The notes under the pieces were generated by a model that ran no database searches, was not told the origin of the DNA, and saw nothing but the letters and a program-made list of their open reading frames with translations. A program made the translations under genes and the position numbers. From the NCBI GenBank assembly GCA_050084985.1, contig JBITNC010000001.1, forward strand, positions 159,960,001 to 160,024,000: 64,000 nucleotides of DNA, read 5' to 3'. Positions 22,364-35,831 of the stretch are shown here, in pieces (positions within the stretch are counted from its first letter, which is position 1; every line of letters begins with the position of its first letter). The stretch is from Nageia nagi (Eukaryota; Plantae; Pinophyta).

Positions 22364-24955
22364 TGATGTAACTGGAAAATCCACTCTACTTTTTCGTTAA
22401 ACTTTGGGCCTTTAAATAGGCTATAAATACAAGTAATACCATATGGTTTTAGCTCATAGTAAAAATACAAGTAATACCACATGGTTTTAAAATTAGCCTC
22501 CACTAACAATTAACAATTTAACTATAACTTTTCTTATTATTAAAAAATAAAAAGCCTAAAATATAGCTAGGATGAGGCCCAAAATGGAACCATGCAATTA
22601 TTCTAAAAATAGACAATAAACTTAAATGCTAAATTCTGGCCACAAGATGAACTTTTCAAGCCTTAAGAACATATCCTTTAAATGAGACATTATGGAATTG
22701 CAGATATTTTAATTTTGCACGATTTGAAAAAAATGGTTCAAAATGATATCCAAATTAAAAGTTACAGCCTCTACAAGGTGCATCATTCTCCTCTGGTTGA
22801 AAAGAACTCAGCCCCTAAGTTCCTTTGATTTCAGAAAGTGATCACATCTTACAACCAAAACCAATCCTCAAGAGAATCACTGAGAGAAATGTGTAAGATG
22901 GATCTGCAAGTGTTTATGGCAAACACCAAAACCAGGGTGTTTTATGGCTAACACCTAACCCAGCAAGTGTTTATGGCAAACACCAAAACCAAAGTGTTTT
23001 ATTGCTAACACCTAACCCTACAAGTGTTTATGGAGAACACCAAAACCAAAATAGATCTCCAAATTAATTAACAACACAAGAAAAATCAATGGAAGAATAA
23101 AATCCACAACAAGAATTCTTTGTTGTTCTGAATCTACATTAATTCCTCTGAACGATTACAATAAGCTTTTATAAAGCATCTAAAAAAAAAAAAACCTACC
23201 TACCCGTACTAAACTAACACTTTCTTTTTTTCCTAATTTTAAGAAAACCTAAAATATAGTTAAGATTAGGCCCAAAATGGAACCATGTATCTGTTATTCA
23301 ATACATGCAATTATTATAAAAATAGAAACCTAAAAATAGAGCTAAAAGTAAAAGCAATATTTGAGATGTACAGCGAATGTTTCAGGCTTCAAATTGTCTC
23401 CAATGGGAGACGTTGCAAACTTGTAGATTTTGAAATTCTGCACAATCTAAAAAAAGGGGCTCAAAATGATATCCGAATCAAAAAGTTACGCCCTCCGAAA
23501 GTTGCAACATTATTTTGTCGCATAAAAAAAGTATAACTGGATGTTGCAGGTGCATAATTCTCCTTAGGTTGAAAGGAACTTAGCCCTTAAGTTCCTCTGA
23601 TCTTAGAAAAAGAAAATACCCAAGAACAAAACCCCTTCATTTTAAACTTTCTTCTTTTCCAGCTGGTTTTTGCACTCTTCTCTCTGTATCTTGGATTCTG
23701 GAGTCCACTTATGATCCTCCTCCTTTGCTGAGCTTCTACCTTTCTCCATTTTTGCCATCCTTTGGCAAAATCATTTGTCAAATCCCATGAAATAAAGTCA
23801 TCCCAAAAGTCTCATATTCCTTATCAAAAGCTTGCTAGTCAATAAACTCATCATACTTTTGAGCATCAAAATGATTATCCATGTGCTCCACTGTTAGTTT
23901 TAGAAGAAATTCTATTTCTTCTTCTTCCTTAACCTCCATTGCTATAGCAAATAACTCCAACACCTTAACTGAAATATCTCTTTAAAAGTTTCATCCATCT
24001 CTATGGCTTCTTTTATTGGCTCCATAACTACATAAGATAATTCTATAGTTTCATTTGAATTAGCATCCTCATATTTGATTTTAGCTTGCATGATCTCCGA
24101 CGATATCTTATTTGTTTGTTAAATGTTGTCAATGCCTTCTTCCTCTTCAAGCATGCTCATGATCACCAACTCAAAACTCTCAGCTACAACCATATGCTTC
24201 TTTATAACTATAAGGGTTCTCAAACCCCTTTTCTTTGCTGGCCAAGCTTTCCTCTATTAATCTCATAGTCCTCTCTCTCCATGGGACTTTTATCTTCTTC
24301 ATACTTCTAATACACAATGTCAACCAAGCTTTGCTTCGACTCTCCTTAGCCTCAACGTACTCAGCCTTGAAGCACAAATGGCTTGCCGCCTCTAAGAAAT
24401 GCTTACATTAAAACTGTATACTCCTAAAAGTATCCGTAGACTGCAATTGTTTATGTTGCTTTTTTATCCACTTGCCTTCCATGGTGATTAAAATCCAATC
24501 TTCTATCCAACAAGATCAACTTACTCTGGTACCAAATGATGTAACTAGAAAATCCACTCTACTTTTTCATTAAACTTTGGGCGTTTAAATAGGTTAAAAA
24601 TATAAGGTAATACCATATGGTTTTAGCACATGGTAAAAACACAAGTAATACCACATGATTTTAAAATTAGCCTCCACTAACAATTAACTATAACTTTTCC
24701 TATTATTAAATAGCCTACAATATAGCTTGGATAAGGCCCAAAATAGAACCATGCATCCATTATTCAATACATGCAATTATTCTAAATATAGACAATAAAC
24801 TTAAATGCTAAATTCGGGCCACACAATGAAGCCTTAAGAACATCATCTTTAAGTGAGAAATTATGGAATTGTAAATCTTTTAATTCTACATGATCTGGAA
24901 AAAAAAAACAGCTCAAAAAGATATCCAAATCATATAGCCTCTGCGAGGTGCATCA
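22364..24955 (-). mobile_element. Small non-autonomous LTR element (TRIM/LARD-like) with an internal third LTR-like unit
   Basis: LTRs 22364-22785 and 24537-24955 (TG..CA). PBS 24524-24534, PPT at 22786, TSD CTATT (22359-22363 / 24956-24960). PPT region repeated at ~23558. Decayed coding remnant at ~23600-24480. Confidence 0.85.
22905..23050. repeat. Short tandem repeat (GTGTTTATGGC(A/T)AACACC..AACC), ~5 units
   Basis: Alternating ~28-30-bp units visible directly. Confidence 0.8.
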
Positions 24956-25326
24956 CTATTTTTGTGGTATAATGTTGTTTCATTGACAAACTATATCTCC
25001 TTAAGAGTCTGAAAGGTGATTTGGGTTTCTATCAATTCACATATAATACGTTTTCTTGTTCCCAAAGCAAAGCAAAAGCCAAGGCCTCAAATTTAATGTG
25101 TCATTGAACTTTTTTTCACAGCTTATAATACCGCAAATTTGATTATTAGTCTCCACATGAACATTGCTTGGTCTATAAGATGGAATTTTGATATAAATGA
25201 AAATCAAGATGCAACCTTTTGCCTTCAGCTTTGGCAGTAAGATGTCAACAGACAAATACTTAATTATATCTAGCATTACAACCAAGAAATGATAATGAAA
25301 AACCATAACATGATTATATCTAGCAT

Positions 25327-27528
25327 TATACACATATATGGTGCAGGACCACCCATGCCCCTATCTTTGCATGACTCCCCTCCTTCTAGTTCTGTCTGCC
25401 ACCTCACTACTTTCTTCTTCACCTTGTGTCATTGATATTTTTCCATGCCACCCCGTGCACCCCTCCACTTCACTTTCAATGATTGCCTACACCATTTTTT
25501 CCATGCTTTCATACATATTTTGATATTTTCCACTTGTTCATTTTTTCACTTTGACTGCCATAATTATTTTAAAGACTGATGATGAAATAAAAAAAGTTAT
25601 ATAGTATTCTCTCGGCTGAATCCATGTAAAAATATCTACAGAGTGAAGACAGCAGTAAAAAACCTTGTAGCACTCAAGATTTTAGGTGCACGATTAAGTC
25701 ATTAAAATGTTGGTGCATCAACATAAAGAATTAAATCCATAGCTCTACTATTAACATTGGAAAAACCTACTGTCATATGGTGCTGCTAAATTTTAGTGCC
25801 ACTTATTAAAACACCCTGCTGTTTCATGGTTCCTTAATTTGATAATTGATGTGTGATGTCCCCCTTGCATGGTTGTAATTAATTGTGGAATCCAACGGGT
25901 TTCTTTTGTAATATATTTTATTATTGCATTGTACTTTCATGTTTGTAACTTGAGATAGAAGACTTAATGGGTCAATGGACCCCACTGTGAGCCCCAAGAG
26001 GGACATCTCCCTCCCAAGCTTAGATTTGGTGTTATTATTGCACCTAGAGATCCCGACCTTGATTGTGGGAATCCCAAGGTCTATTATTACATTTAGATGG
26101 ATGGATAGACACCTATATGCATGCGCTAGCCTTGGGGAGGCTCCCATACCCCCACGTTGGCCCAACATGACTCTTGGAACCCACACATGACCCTTAGACC
26201 CACTTGGGCATGCACAGCACTCCTAGACCCCCATGTTGGCACTTAATGCACCTCAAGCCCCCACATTGGCATGCCTAACCCCTAGGCACCCACATTGGGT
26301 ATTCTAGGCCCCCAAGAGGCTAACGTTGGAATTAAGGAGCCAAGTGATGACTCCTAAGTGAGATCCGAACAGAGTTGAGCGTATAAAGAAACATTGGAGC
26401 CTTATTGTTGGATATACCTGATTATACTATTATCTCTTGATATCATCCTATGGACACAAGTCTTACCAACGCTAAGCAATCCTCTAGGTGCAACATCTAG
26501 GAGAGCTTTCAGGCTAAGGGATGCTGATCGTCTACGGCATTGGTGTAGCACCCTTGCCCATCTAGTGGTATTCTGAGGTTGAGCTTCTGCCATTTAGTTG
26601 GCCACCAGGATCAGAGGAGGGCTCCTTTGGTGGAGAGAAATCAGGTTCTAAGGGAGCAAGGTTGTCCCATGATTCTATCATCCGTCCAACAGTGAAAGAC
26701 ATTTAGTTGTGTGCCCTAGTTGGCTCCTTGGAGGCCAACGTTAGCCCTATTGGACCTGGTATTGTATTTTTGAGCATTGTACATCTTATATATATCCGTT
26801 GGGGCATTGGATCTCATATTTGTTTTGTGTACACTTGTCTTTGGCATCATTGGTTTACTTTTGCATGTTTATGTATGTATGGGCCAAACGTTGCCATTAT
26901 GAGCTTATGTTGATTGATATCTGGTAGTTGTAGCCAGACGATGGTGTAATTGCATTGTTAGCGTTTGATTCGGATGCCCTAGTTCGGACGTTGGGGATAT
27001 TGTGTTGTGAATGCTTAATCTTGATGCCCTATACCTGACGTTGGCGTTGTTGTAATTGAATTTGTTGATTATGCACTTGAGTTGTATTTGGATCTTTACA
27101 CGATGGTAGGCTTCTTCACTAACTATTCAAATATAACTTGTAAGACTTTATTAACTTATGTCCTCAATTATCAAGCTATTTATGTGGTATAATGTTGTTT
27201 CGTTGACAAACTATATCTACTTAAGACTCTGAAAGGTGATTTGGATTTCTGCAATTCACATATAATACGTTTTCTTGTTTCCAGAGCAGAGCAAAAGCCA
27301 AAGCCTCAAATTTAACGTTTCATTACACTTTTTTCACAGCTTATAATGCCACAAATATAATTATTCTTCTGCAAATGAACATTAATTGCTCTAGTAGATG
27401 GGATTTTGATATAAATGAAAATCAAGATGCAATATTTTGCCTTCAGCTATCACAGTAACATGTCAACAGGCACATACTAGATTATATCTAGCATTATAAC
27501 CAAGAAATGATAATGCAAAACCATAACA
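25327..27528 (+). repeat. Copy 2 of the intronic tandem duplication (contains a solo LTR; empty site for the virus, LINE and small LTR element)
   Basis: Contiguous GATTTTAGGTGCACGATTAAGTCATT at 25678-25703, where copy 1 carries the virus. Confidence 0.88.
25852..27100 (+). mobile_element. Solo LTR (Ty3/gypsy), related to the LTR at 32291-33464
   Basis: TGTGA...TTACA termini; TSD TGATG/CGATG; absent from copy 1; reverse-complement similarity to 32291-33464. Confidence 0.88.
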
Positions 27529-27609
27529 AGAAGTTAGGTTACTAAAATAGTTCTTTATAATGAATCAAATACCCTAGCCATAAAAAAACAAAAGAAAGTC
27601 TAGTCTTAC

Positions 27610-27717
27610 ATGGCTATAATCAATGCAATCATACTTTGGGAAAATGATCTCAACATTATGTCCCAAATCTTGAACTGCACGAGAAAGACTTGTCACCACA
27701 TCTCCCAGGCCTCCAAC
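27610..27717 (-). CDS. SS3: Starch synthase III exon 7 (start of GT5 catalytic domain)
   Basis: AG|VGGLGDVVTSLSRAVQDLGHNVEIIFPKYDCIDYSH|GTAAG; phase 0, matching exon 6. Confidence 0.93.
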
Positions 27718-29211
27718 CTGGATCATATCATTGTATAGAAATCAAACTTTTATGCATTTCTGAACATATCAGATTCAAAACAAAATTTAAACACTGACCA
27801 TCATGTAAATGGATAAAATGTAAGTTTTTATAACAGACGAAACTGTCACTAATTATTCCACATCCCATTAAGTGTAACACAACAATCTTTCAGGGTCATA
27901 ACTTCAAATAATAAGAAGAAAAATAGCAATTAGCTGGCAACTTGTGGAAATGCACAGTTACAAAACAAATGTATGAAGCATCTAACTTGAAAAGCTCACT
28001 TTAGAACACCAGGAACCAAGCAAGATGTCTAGATATCTAAAAATGATGTGAATTATTGATGAGAGCTTGTGTAATCCCTCTGCTCTCTTCTTCTAAAGAT
28101 AATACTCATTCGACCATACAGTAAATTAAAGTTTATATTAAATCTTGACATTGGAAACATGTGCTATGGTTTTATCATGATAAACATTTCAATCTACTAA
28201 CTGCAGGTGAGAAAAATAATCATTTTAAAAAATCCTCTATGTGATATCCACACCTATTCTCCTACTTTGATTTCATTTAGTGACTCCAAAAACGCGTCAT
28301 ATACACCAGCTGTGAGTTGAGACATATCACTATATTTCCAAGATAGATAGATTTTCTAATCTCTATTCTAATTAGGAGGTGGAAAGAAAAGAACATTTTA
28401 TCTTCAGATGTCCTATTGTTATGAGATTCAAAGGAGATTCCAAAAGTTGTTTAGAGAAACTAGAGGGTCACTCAGTTTTTTTGCTATTCTGAACAAAAAT
28501 GCTTGACTTTGTACCTAATGGAATCAATTACTCATTGGCATTACATATACATGAGATCTCTAGAAATTCCAATTTAATGCCTTCCTTTTTCTCTTCCATC
28601 TCTATAGTTGGGGGCACCAAGCAATACATAGAGGCTATTGGGACCCAAGTTCATGAGGATAGACCAGTGAAACAATGCATGTCCTTATGTGCTACTACTA
28701 GAGTTGTAAAGGCTCCTAGTATTGTAGCGTGAGGGAAGAAACTAGATCTTCATCAATCTAGCCAATTTCTCCCTCTCGTTTACAAGCCAAGCAATCTAAA
28801 CATGGATTACCAAATTCTTATCTTCTAGAAAACCTTTGGTTTTGAATGGAAGAAGAATCTAAAGGTGTTTTGATGTGTGTCCTTGGATTGCCCAGCCAGG
28901 TGCACTCATCCTTGGCACTCTCCAATAGGCATTACCAGATTAAGTATTAGTTTATTTTGGTTGATTGATGACTATCATGTGTCATCTACTACTCATCACC
29001 CTAGGCTCTAGCATGTAGATCCTACTTTGCCTTATGTTTTGCTCTCTTCAAAGTTATCACATATTAAACATTTATTGTATATTGTATTAGATTTTTAGTT
29101 AAGATTTGCTTCCCCACCACCCCCTTTCGGCTTCTACAATTTAATTTTTTTGACCAATTTTCTTTTCAAGTTCCATTGACCTACTTTGGTTATCAATAGA
29201 CAGTAAGTACC

Positions 29212-30915
29212 TGTTGTGGCTTCCACAACACGCCCCAAATTTTTAGCAAATTTGGGGACCCTCAAACTTTGGCAATGAGGAGTTGTCCAAGAAAAGTGAT
29301 CAAGCGGATGGTGTCTCGAGATCAAAGGCATTGGAGACCAGAATTGATGAAAATGATCAACATTGAACTTTTGGTAGCAATGGATTGAAATTTTGGCTAA
29401 GTCATTGTCAAGCGCATCTCCTCAAGAGGACATCTTCATCCCTCCCAAGACGTGCGCCAGGCTTCTAAGAGCTCCAAATGATCATTTTGTGCAACTTGGG
29501 CCAATATTGACTAAGTCTGAAACACCTTTTGCCCCAGCACATGTCGTAAGGAAGACAAACTCCTTGACCTCAGGGAGACTTGCGCTGGCCTTGCCCCTTC
29601 CTTTTTTGGCACAAATGCAAACAGAGACAACCTCTTTGACTCATCCATGACTTGTGCTGGGACCCTAGAGACTCATATCAGTGAAAGGGACAAAATTGGC
29701 TAAGTCCCAAGAACGAAAATCACTCTTGCACCCCAGCGCAAGTGTGACAAGAGACAAAGGTCTTGTCTCATCCCGAATGTCCGCCCAATTCATGCGTGCT
29801 TTTCTAGCGCAAGTGTGGCCCAAGAAACCCATCATGATTCAACTCGGACTTGCGCCAGCCTCATGGGGGCTCCAAAAGACGATTTTGAGCAAACATGATG
29901 AATTTTGACCAAGTTTGGAGTACATCTTCTTTGGGCGCAGGGCTGTATAGAGACAACCTTCATGACCCCGAGATGATGTGCGCCAAGCTCAAAAGCACTT
30001 TTTTAGCGCATATGCAAGTCAAGACATCAGTGTTTTCCTCCCCTAGACTTGCGTTGGGCCTCCCTAGCCGGAATCTCGACACAAATGGACATCTAGACAA
30101 GCCTCATGACCCACACAAGACTTGCGCCAAGCCAATATGTACCATTCCAGCTCAAATGCACACCAAGACAGAGATGGTGACCCCCCTCGGACCTACACTA
30201 ACCTTCAAGGGGCTTCAAGGGGTCGTTCTGGGAAATAAAGGACGAAATTGGCTAAGTATAGAGCATCCTCCCTTTGGGTGCAAGTCAGCAAGAGGACAAC
30301 CACCATGACCCCCTCCACATATGCGCTAGACTCATACTACTCATCCTTGGCGCAGATGCAGTAGGAGACAACATGCTTGTCTTCCTTCATACATGCACTG
30401 ACCCTATCTCCCCTCATCCGAGAGCAAACTCCAACTGAGACACCCCTTTTGACCCTTCAAACATGTGCGCCAACCTTTCCAAAAGCCAACCGACATCGAG
30501 TTGTGTGCCAGAACACCTAAAAAACTGCACCCATCTTTGAAGGCACAAATCCCTAGGCACAAGAAGGTGTTGCCCTAGAAAACCCCTAGAAATGTTTATA
30601 AAAAAGGGGAAGTCAACCTTCATTTCTGCACGACAAGATTGCTCTCCCTAACAAATCCACCAAGGCATTGAGACAAAACCTCCTTAAAACCTTTATGAAA
30701 CAAGTCAAGGAACTTCTCCTTCCCATATGCTAAGTGATGAGTCGAGTATGAACCCCCAAATTTCCCCTTTAGGGTCTGTCACTAACCCTCCTCTTGCGAA
30801 CCTCTCACCTGTTACTACGAAGGGACCAGTTAACTCAAGGAGCTAGTGCTCCAACACTCAGGATAGTTTTTTTCCTCTCAACAATTTGGGGAATCCACAT
30901 TTAACTTCTTCATTA
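29212..30915 (+). mobile_element. Truncated long LTR (Ogre/Tat-like) with GCGCA/TGCGC motif array
   Basis: Start TGTTGTGGCTTCCACAACACGCCCC..TTTGGGGACCCT resembles 5867; TATA-like TTTATAAAAAAGGG at ~30595. Confidence 0.55.
29400..30480. repeat. Degenerate array of (G)GCGCAAGT / GACTTGCGC(C) inverted motif pairs
   Basis: About 17 copies, e.g. 29577, 29733, 29804, 29847, 30046, 30119. Confidence 0.7.
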
Positions 30916-30919
30916 CTTA

Positions 30920-32290
30920 TCAAATCCAAGTGGTGTCCTAAGGTTGTATGCAATTGAACCTTATCCTACTCACTATGAATCTAATTGAAAGAATGAAAGT
31001 TGCATAATTGGAAATTGCAGGAATAAAAATTACAAGAATTGAAATTGCAGGAATGGAAATTACAATAATTGAAATTGCAGAAATTGGAAAATCTAATCTA
31101 GCAGCTACAATAAGGCCTTGACAATGGAAATCACGAGAAAGGAATTGCACAATCGAAAATGATACTCACACACTATTAATGAAAATAACTACTACAAAAA
31201 TATAAGGTCAACTCTACAGGTTGAAGGGGGCCCAACTTCACCCAGCAAAGTGCCTGAAGAAAACTCAGAAGTTCAGAAAATGATCAGCTATTATTCATAA
31301 ATCAACTGCGTACAGATAGATATTGAAAATGTTTCAGTCTCCCAAAATATTCTATCTCTCTATTCTATATTCTATATATCTCTATATTCTGCGTATCTCT
31401 CTCTTCTGCATATCTCTCCTTTGTGCATATCTCTCTCCCTATGTCTCTCCTCCGAGAGGTATTTATTCTTTCTACAATATGCTAAAAATGACTCAATACA
31501 ACAAAAATGAAACAAACTATCCACGGTTACAATCCAGTCCATATTTAGAAGATAGAAGATATGGTGCTAACTTGGGCACCCAAAGATGAGAATCTTCAGA
31601 TATGGTCTATTCTTTGTTCTCCAATCTTGGCTGCTCTAAATCTGGCTATGTACAATAAATAATAACAAACCTCCACCTCTATAGGATTTGCTTTAATGCT
31701 TTGTCTTCAAAATAAGATATCATCTCCAACTATACATGTTGAATGTTGGGGTGAATTTGTAGCAGCCATAATATCTGCATGATGTATCAAATCTATGATA
31801 TCTTTATATTTTTGGATACCCTTTTTCAAGAGCTTTCCGAAAATATATAACATGTCTATGTTTAGTCTTTGTTCGGGCATCTAGCTGTTACTCTGATTTT
31901 CAACCTTGCAGTATACACATGACAACAACTTTCGGGGGCCATATCTTTTTCATGGTAGCTCCGTTGTCTTCAATCTGTACATCAATGGAAAGCTTGTTTC
32001 AATAGCTTTCTATCAATATATTATATACCCTATAATGATGTCATTTGGTGAACCAAAGTTGTCCAAAGCTATCTTAACGGTGTCCTTTTGTACCCCTCGT
32101 GTTATCTAGCTAGAATGAGAGGATGTGTGGGTGCGTGGAACTCATAATAAAGTTGAAGGAACTTGGCCTTCAAACATTGTACTCGTCGGTGGAGCTTGAT
32201 GTAAAGGGCTGAACTCATGTGCCTCTAGCCATTTTCAATCTTCCCTCCTATTTTCTTTTATTTTACACTTTTTTTCGCGTCTTTTGCACT
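30920..32290 (-). mobile_element. Truncated LTR-element remnant (LTR ~30920-31667 plus 3' internal part)
   Basis: 30-bp repeats GAAATTGCAGGAA..AAATTACAA at 31010-31090; ...AACA followed by the PPT complement AACCTCCACCTCT. Confidence 0.45.
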
Positions 32291-33929
32291 TGTAAGATCC
32301 CAATTACAAACTCAAGTGCAATTAAGAAAAAACAACCAAGTATGCACCCACATTTGGCCTAGAGCCTCAAACATAAGCACAAACAATCTCACAATGCCAA
32401 CGTTTGGCTCATACAAGCATAAATGAAGAATCACACCCCAACGTTGCAATAATGGAAGAATACACAAGACAATATTGAGATCCAAAGGCCCGCGGCTGTA
32501 TTAATGATATAGAATGATAAGTAATACAATAACAGGCCCACAGGGCTCAACGATGGCCTCCCAAGAGCCAACTAGGGCACAACGAATCTACAAATGTGAT
32601 CAATGTTGGTATCACGAAACAATGGATGGGACAACCTTAATACCTCAAGCTTGGATGCTCTGTTGTAGAACTCCCACGCCTGGAAACCACTGAAGGTAGA
32701 AGTGTGACCTCGAAATACGACCGGATAGACTAAGATGCTACACCTTAGCCGTAGATTAATTGGATCCCTCAACCTGCTAACTCTCCTAGATGTTGCACCT
32801 AGGGGATTGCTCAACACTGTGTCAAGTCTTGTGTTCATTGGACAGTATGAGAAATAATAATAAGCACGTATATCCAACAATGATGCTCCAAGGCCTAATA
32901 TAGCTCACACTGGATATGGATCTCACCTCAAAGTTATCACCCAACATTCCTATTCCAACATTGGCTTCCTAGAAGCCTCTCAAACCCCAACAAAGGTGCC
33001 TAGAGGTCATTCCAAGCCCAACGTGGGTATCTGGGCCCTTCACATGCTCAACGTGGGTCTAGAGGGCATGCACAGGTCTAGAAGGCATGTGTGGGTGTCT
33101 AGAAGTCATCATGGGCCAACATGGGTTCTAAGAGTCTCCCCAAGGATGGTGCATGTGTACAAGTGCTCCCAAATCCAACATTGGGGTAAATAGGTGTTTA
33201 TCCATGCTTAAGTGTGATCTAGGTGCTAAACAAGCCTTGGGATTCCCACAATCACTTCTTGGGATCTCCAAGTACATTAAATCATACTAGCCTATACTTG
33301 GGAGGGAAGACGTCCTACTTGGGGCTCACAATAGGGTCCAATAGACCTTTATATTTTTTGTCCCAAGTAATAACAACTAAAGCACAATTAAATAAATAAA
33401 TATTTACAAAGAGGAATCTGTGGCATTCCATAATTAATTACAATTTGCAAAGGGGTAAGTCACAAAGCCTCCCCTCTCGAATTACTTGCCCTCAAGCGAT
33501 TGTAGAATGTTGCAACATATTGTCTTCCAAGAAGCATTTGGCTTTGTCAACCTCAATCTACTAAAGTGGAATGCAACTTCAATAAATCTCCCCCATAGTG
33601 AAGACCTTGTATGAAATGTTGAAGTTTCCTTCTCATGTATCAACGTTGCATGCAAAAACTCTGATATGTTGTTGGGGTTCAATCTGTTGTTGGCAATCCA
33701 TATTAAGTACCAAAATTCTTGCAAACATTCTGGTGCAACCATGCTAAGAAAACACAAGAGTGTATGCAAAAATGTTGATGCATTCATCCATTCTAGGCAT
33801 CCAGTTGTGGTAGTGATCATGTGGAAGACTCTTGAAAGGTGTAACTGCAAAAACATCAAGAAGATCAAGCATGAGAAGAAAAAGGTGGAGCCTTTGCTAC
33901 ATAATTATTGCAAAGACTTCTCCAAGCTT

Positions 33930-34575
33930 AACGTTGGATGCCAATCTCTTCCTTTTTCCAACGCAAGGTGCCAGACCTCCTTCAGGCCCAATTTTTTCCA
34001 ATGCGGGGTGCTAGACCTCCTTCAAGCCTAATGTGAGGTGTTGTGGCCCCTCCATACTCAACGTGGGATACCAAGACTCCCTCATGTCAAATGTCAGGTA
34101 TCCAAGCCTCTCTAGGTCCAACATGGGATGCCAAGACTCCTCCATGCCTGACGTTCGGTGATAAGCCTCTCCAGGCCCAACGTGGGATGCCAAGACTCCT
34201 CCATGCCTAACGTTGGGTGCCTAAGCCTCTCCAGGCCCAATGTGGGGTGCAAGAACTCCATGCCTGAGGTTAGATGCCTAAGCCTCTCCAAGCCCAACAT
34301 GAAGTGTAAATTCTCCTCCATGCTTGACGTTTGGTGCCTAAGTCTCTCCAAGCCCAACGTGGGGTGGAAGAGCCCCTCCATGCTCAACCTCAGGTGCCAA
34401 GGCTCCTCTATGTCCAAGGTGAGGTGTAAAAACCCTTCCATGTTCACCATGGGGTGTAGGAGCTCATCTCTGTCCATCATCCGGTGCCCAAGTCCCTCCA
34501 TGTCCAACGTAGGCTGTAGGAGTTAATTACTGCTCATCGTTTGGTTCCAAAGCTCCTCCATGTCCAACGTGGGCT
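33930..34575 (-). repeat. 30-bp coding tandem repeat (10-aa unit like HPTLGLERLR / HPTLGMEESW), ~21 units
   Basis: CCAACGTGGG(G/A)TGCCAAG periodicity; ORF 34112-34507. Confidence 0.85.
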
Positions 34576-35547
34576 CACACTCTTCCATTTCCCCTTTTTG
34601 ATGTTGCTCAATCACCTCCAATCTCTTGTTGGTGACTTGTGGGCAATCATCCCGAATTCCCTACAGGGTGTGGGTCTTACCATCAATGTCAAAACTCATG
34701 ATGAGATTCTTGTAGTTCGTGCGAATGTCACCCAACTCAAATAGCCATTGCACGCCCAAGATGATGTAAGGATGTCCCTTCAGAGGATATACATAGAAAT
34801 CTTCTCTCACCGTGTAGCTTTGTAAACTCACCCCAAATCTCTCCACAATTTGGTCTACCAAAGTGAGTTTCCCAATGGCATTAAAACTTTCAAACCTTCG
34901 AACCCCTTGGTATTGAGGCCCTTCTCTTCTGCAAAGCCCTCATCAATGAAATTGTGTGATGCTCCAAAGTCGATTAAGTCCATCACATCTTGGCCACTTA
35001 CTTGCCCTACTACCTTCAACGTGAGGTACTTTTTCACCTCATGGAGTGATGCAATCATGCTCCCCAGTGAAGCTTCTGCCTTGGGTGCCTCTTGGTCTAA
35101 TATGTCTGTACCAAGATCCAGATCTAAATCGTCCTCCTCTTCATCCGAAAATACCTCAATGTAGTGCACCTGCCCTTTGCCTTGGCAACGATGTCCTAGC
35201 TCCCATGTCTTCTTGCAATAGAAGCACTTTCCCTCTTCTTTCAATTTCCTCCTGGTGGCTACATCCAATTGGCCTATTCGAGGAGGAAAGGGTTTGGACC
35301 TACTAGGCCCCTCTTTCTCTTCAAATGTCCTTCAAGTGGCCTGTCCTTTATGCATCTGCCCTCCCTTGAGAGACATCATGGTGGGCTCCAAGTCGTAAGC
35401 AACCCTAATTGCATCATCAAGTCTTCATGGTGTTGATACCTTAACCATTCCCTGCAAGGGTTCCATCAACCCTTCTATGAAGAGGAAGGTCAATTTTTAC
35501 TCAGGGATGTTGTGGATCATGATTGCAATTCTCTGGAATTCTGACAC

Positions 35548-35831
35548 ATACTCATCCATTGCACCCTATTGCTTTAGTATGTCAATTCTTTGAAGCAATC
35601 ATTCTCTCTTTTTGTCAAACCTCTTTACCAATTTGACTGATCACTCCATGTTGCCACCAATCGAGGGCATCACCCTCAAAATGCAACGATACTCATCCAC
35701 TGCACCCTATTGCTTTAGTATGTCAATTCTTTGAAGCAATCATTCTCTCTTTTTGTCAAACCTCTTTACCAATTTGACTGATCACTCCATGTTGCCACCA
35801 ATCGAGGGCATCACCCTCAAAATGCAACGAT
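35548..35831. repeat. Near-exact 141-bp tandem duplication within gag
   Basis: 35548-35688 matches 35689-35829 with one visible mismatch. Confidence 0.9.

Larger units (their letters stand above)
9344..25310 (+). repeat. Copy 1 of a ~0.95-kb intronic tandem duplication, expanded to ~16 kb by insertions
   Basis: Pieces 9344-9723, 16409-16595, 22321-22363 and 24961-25310 match, in order, 25327-25851 plus 27101-27528 (roughly 85-90% identity by eye). Confidence 0.88.
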
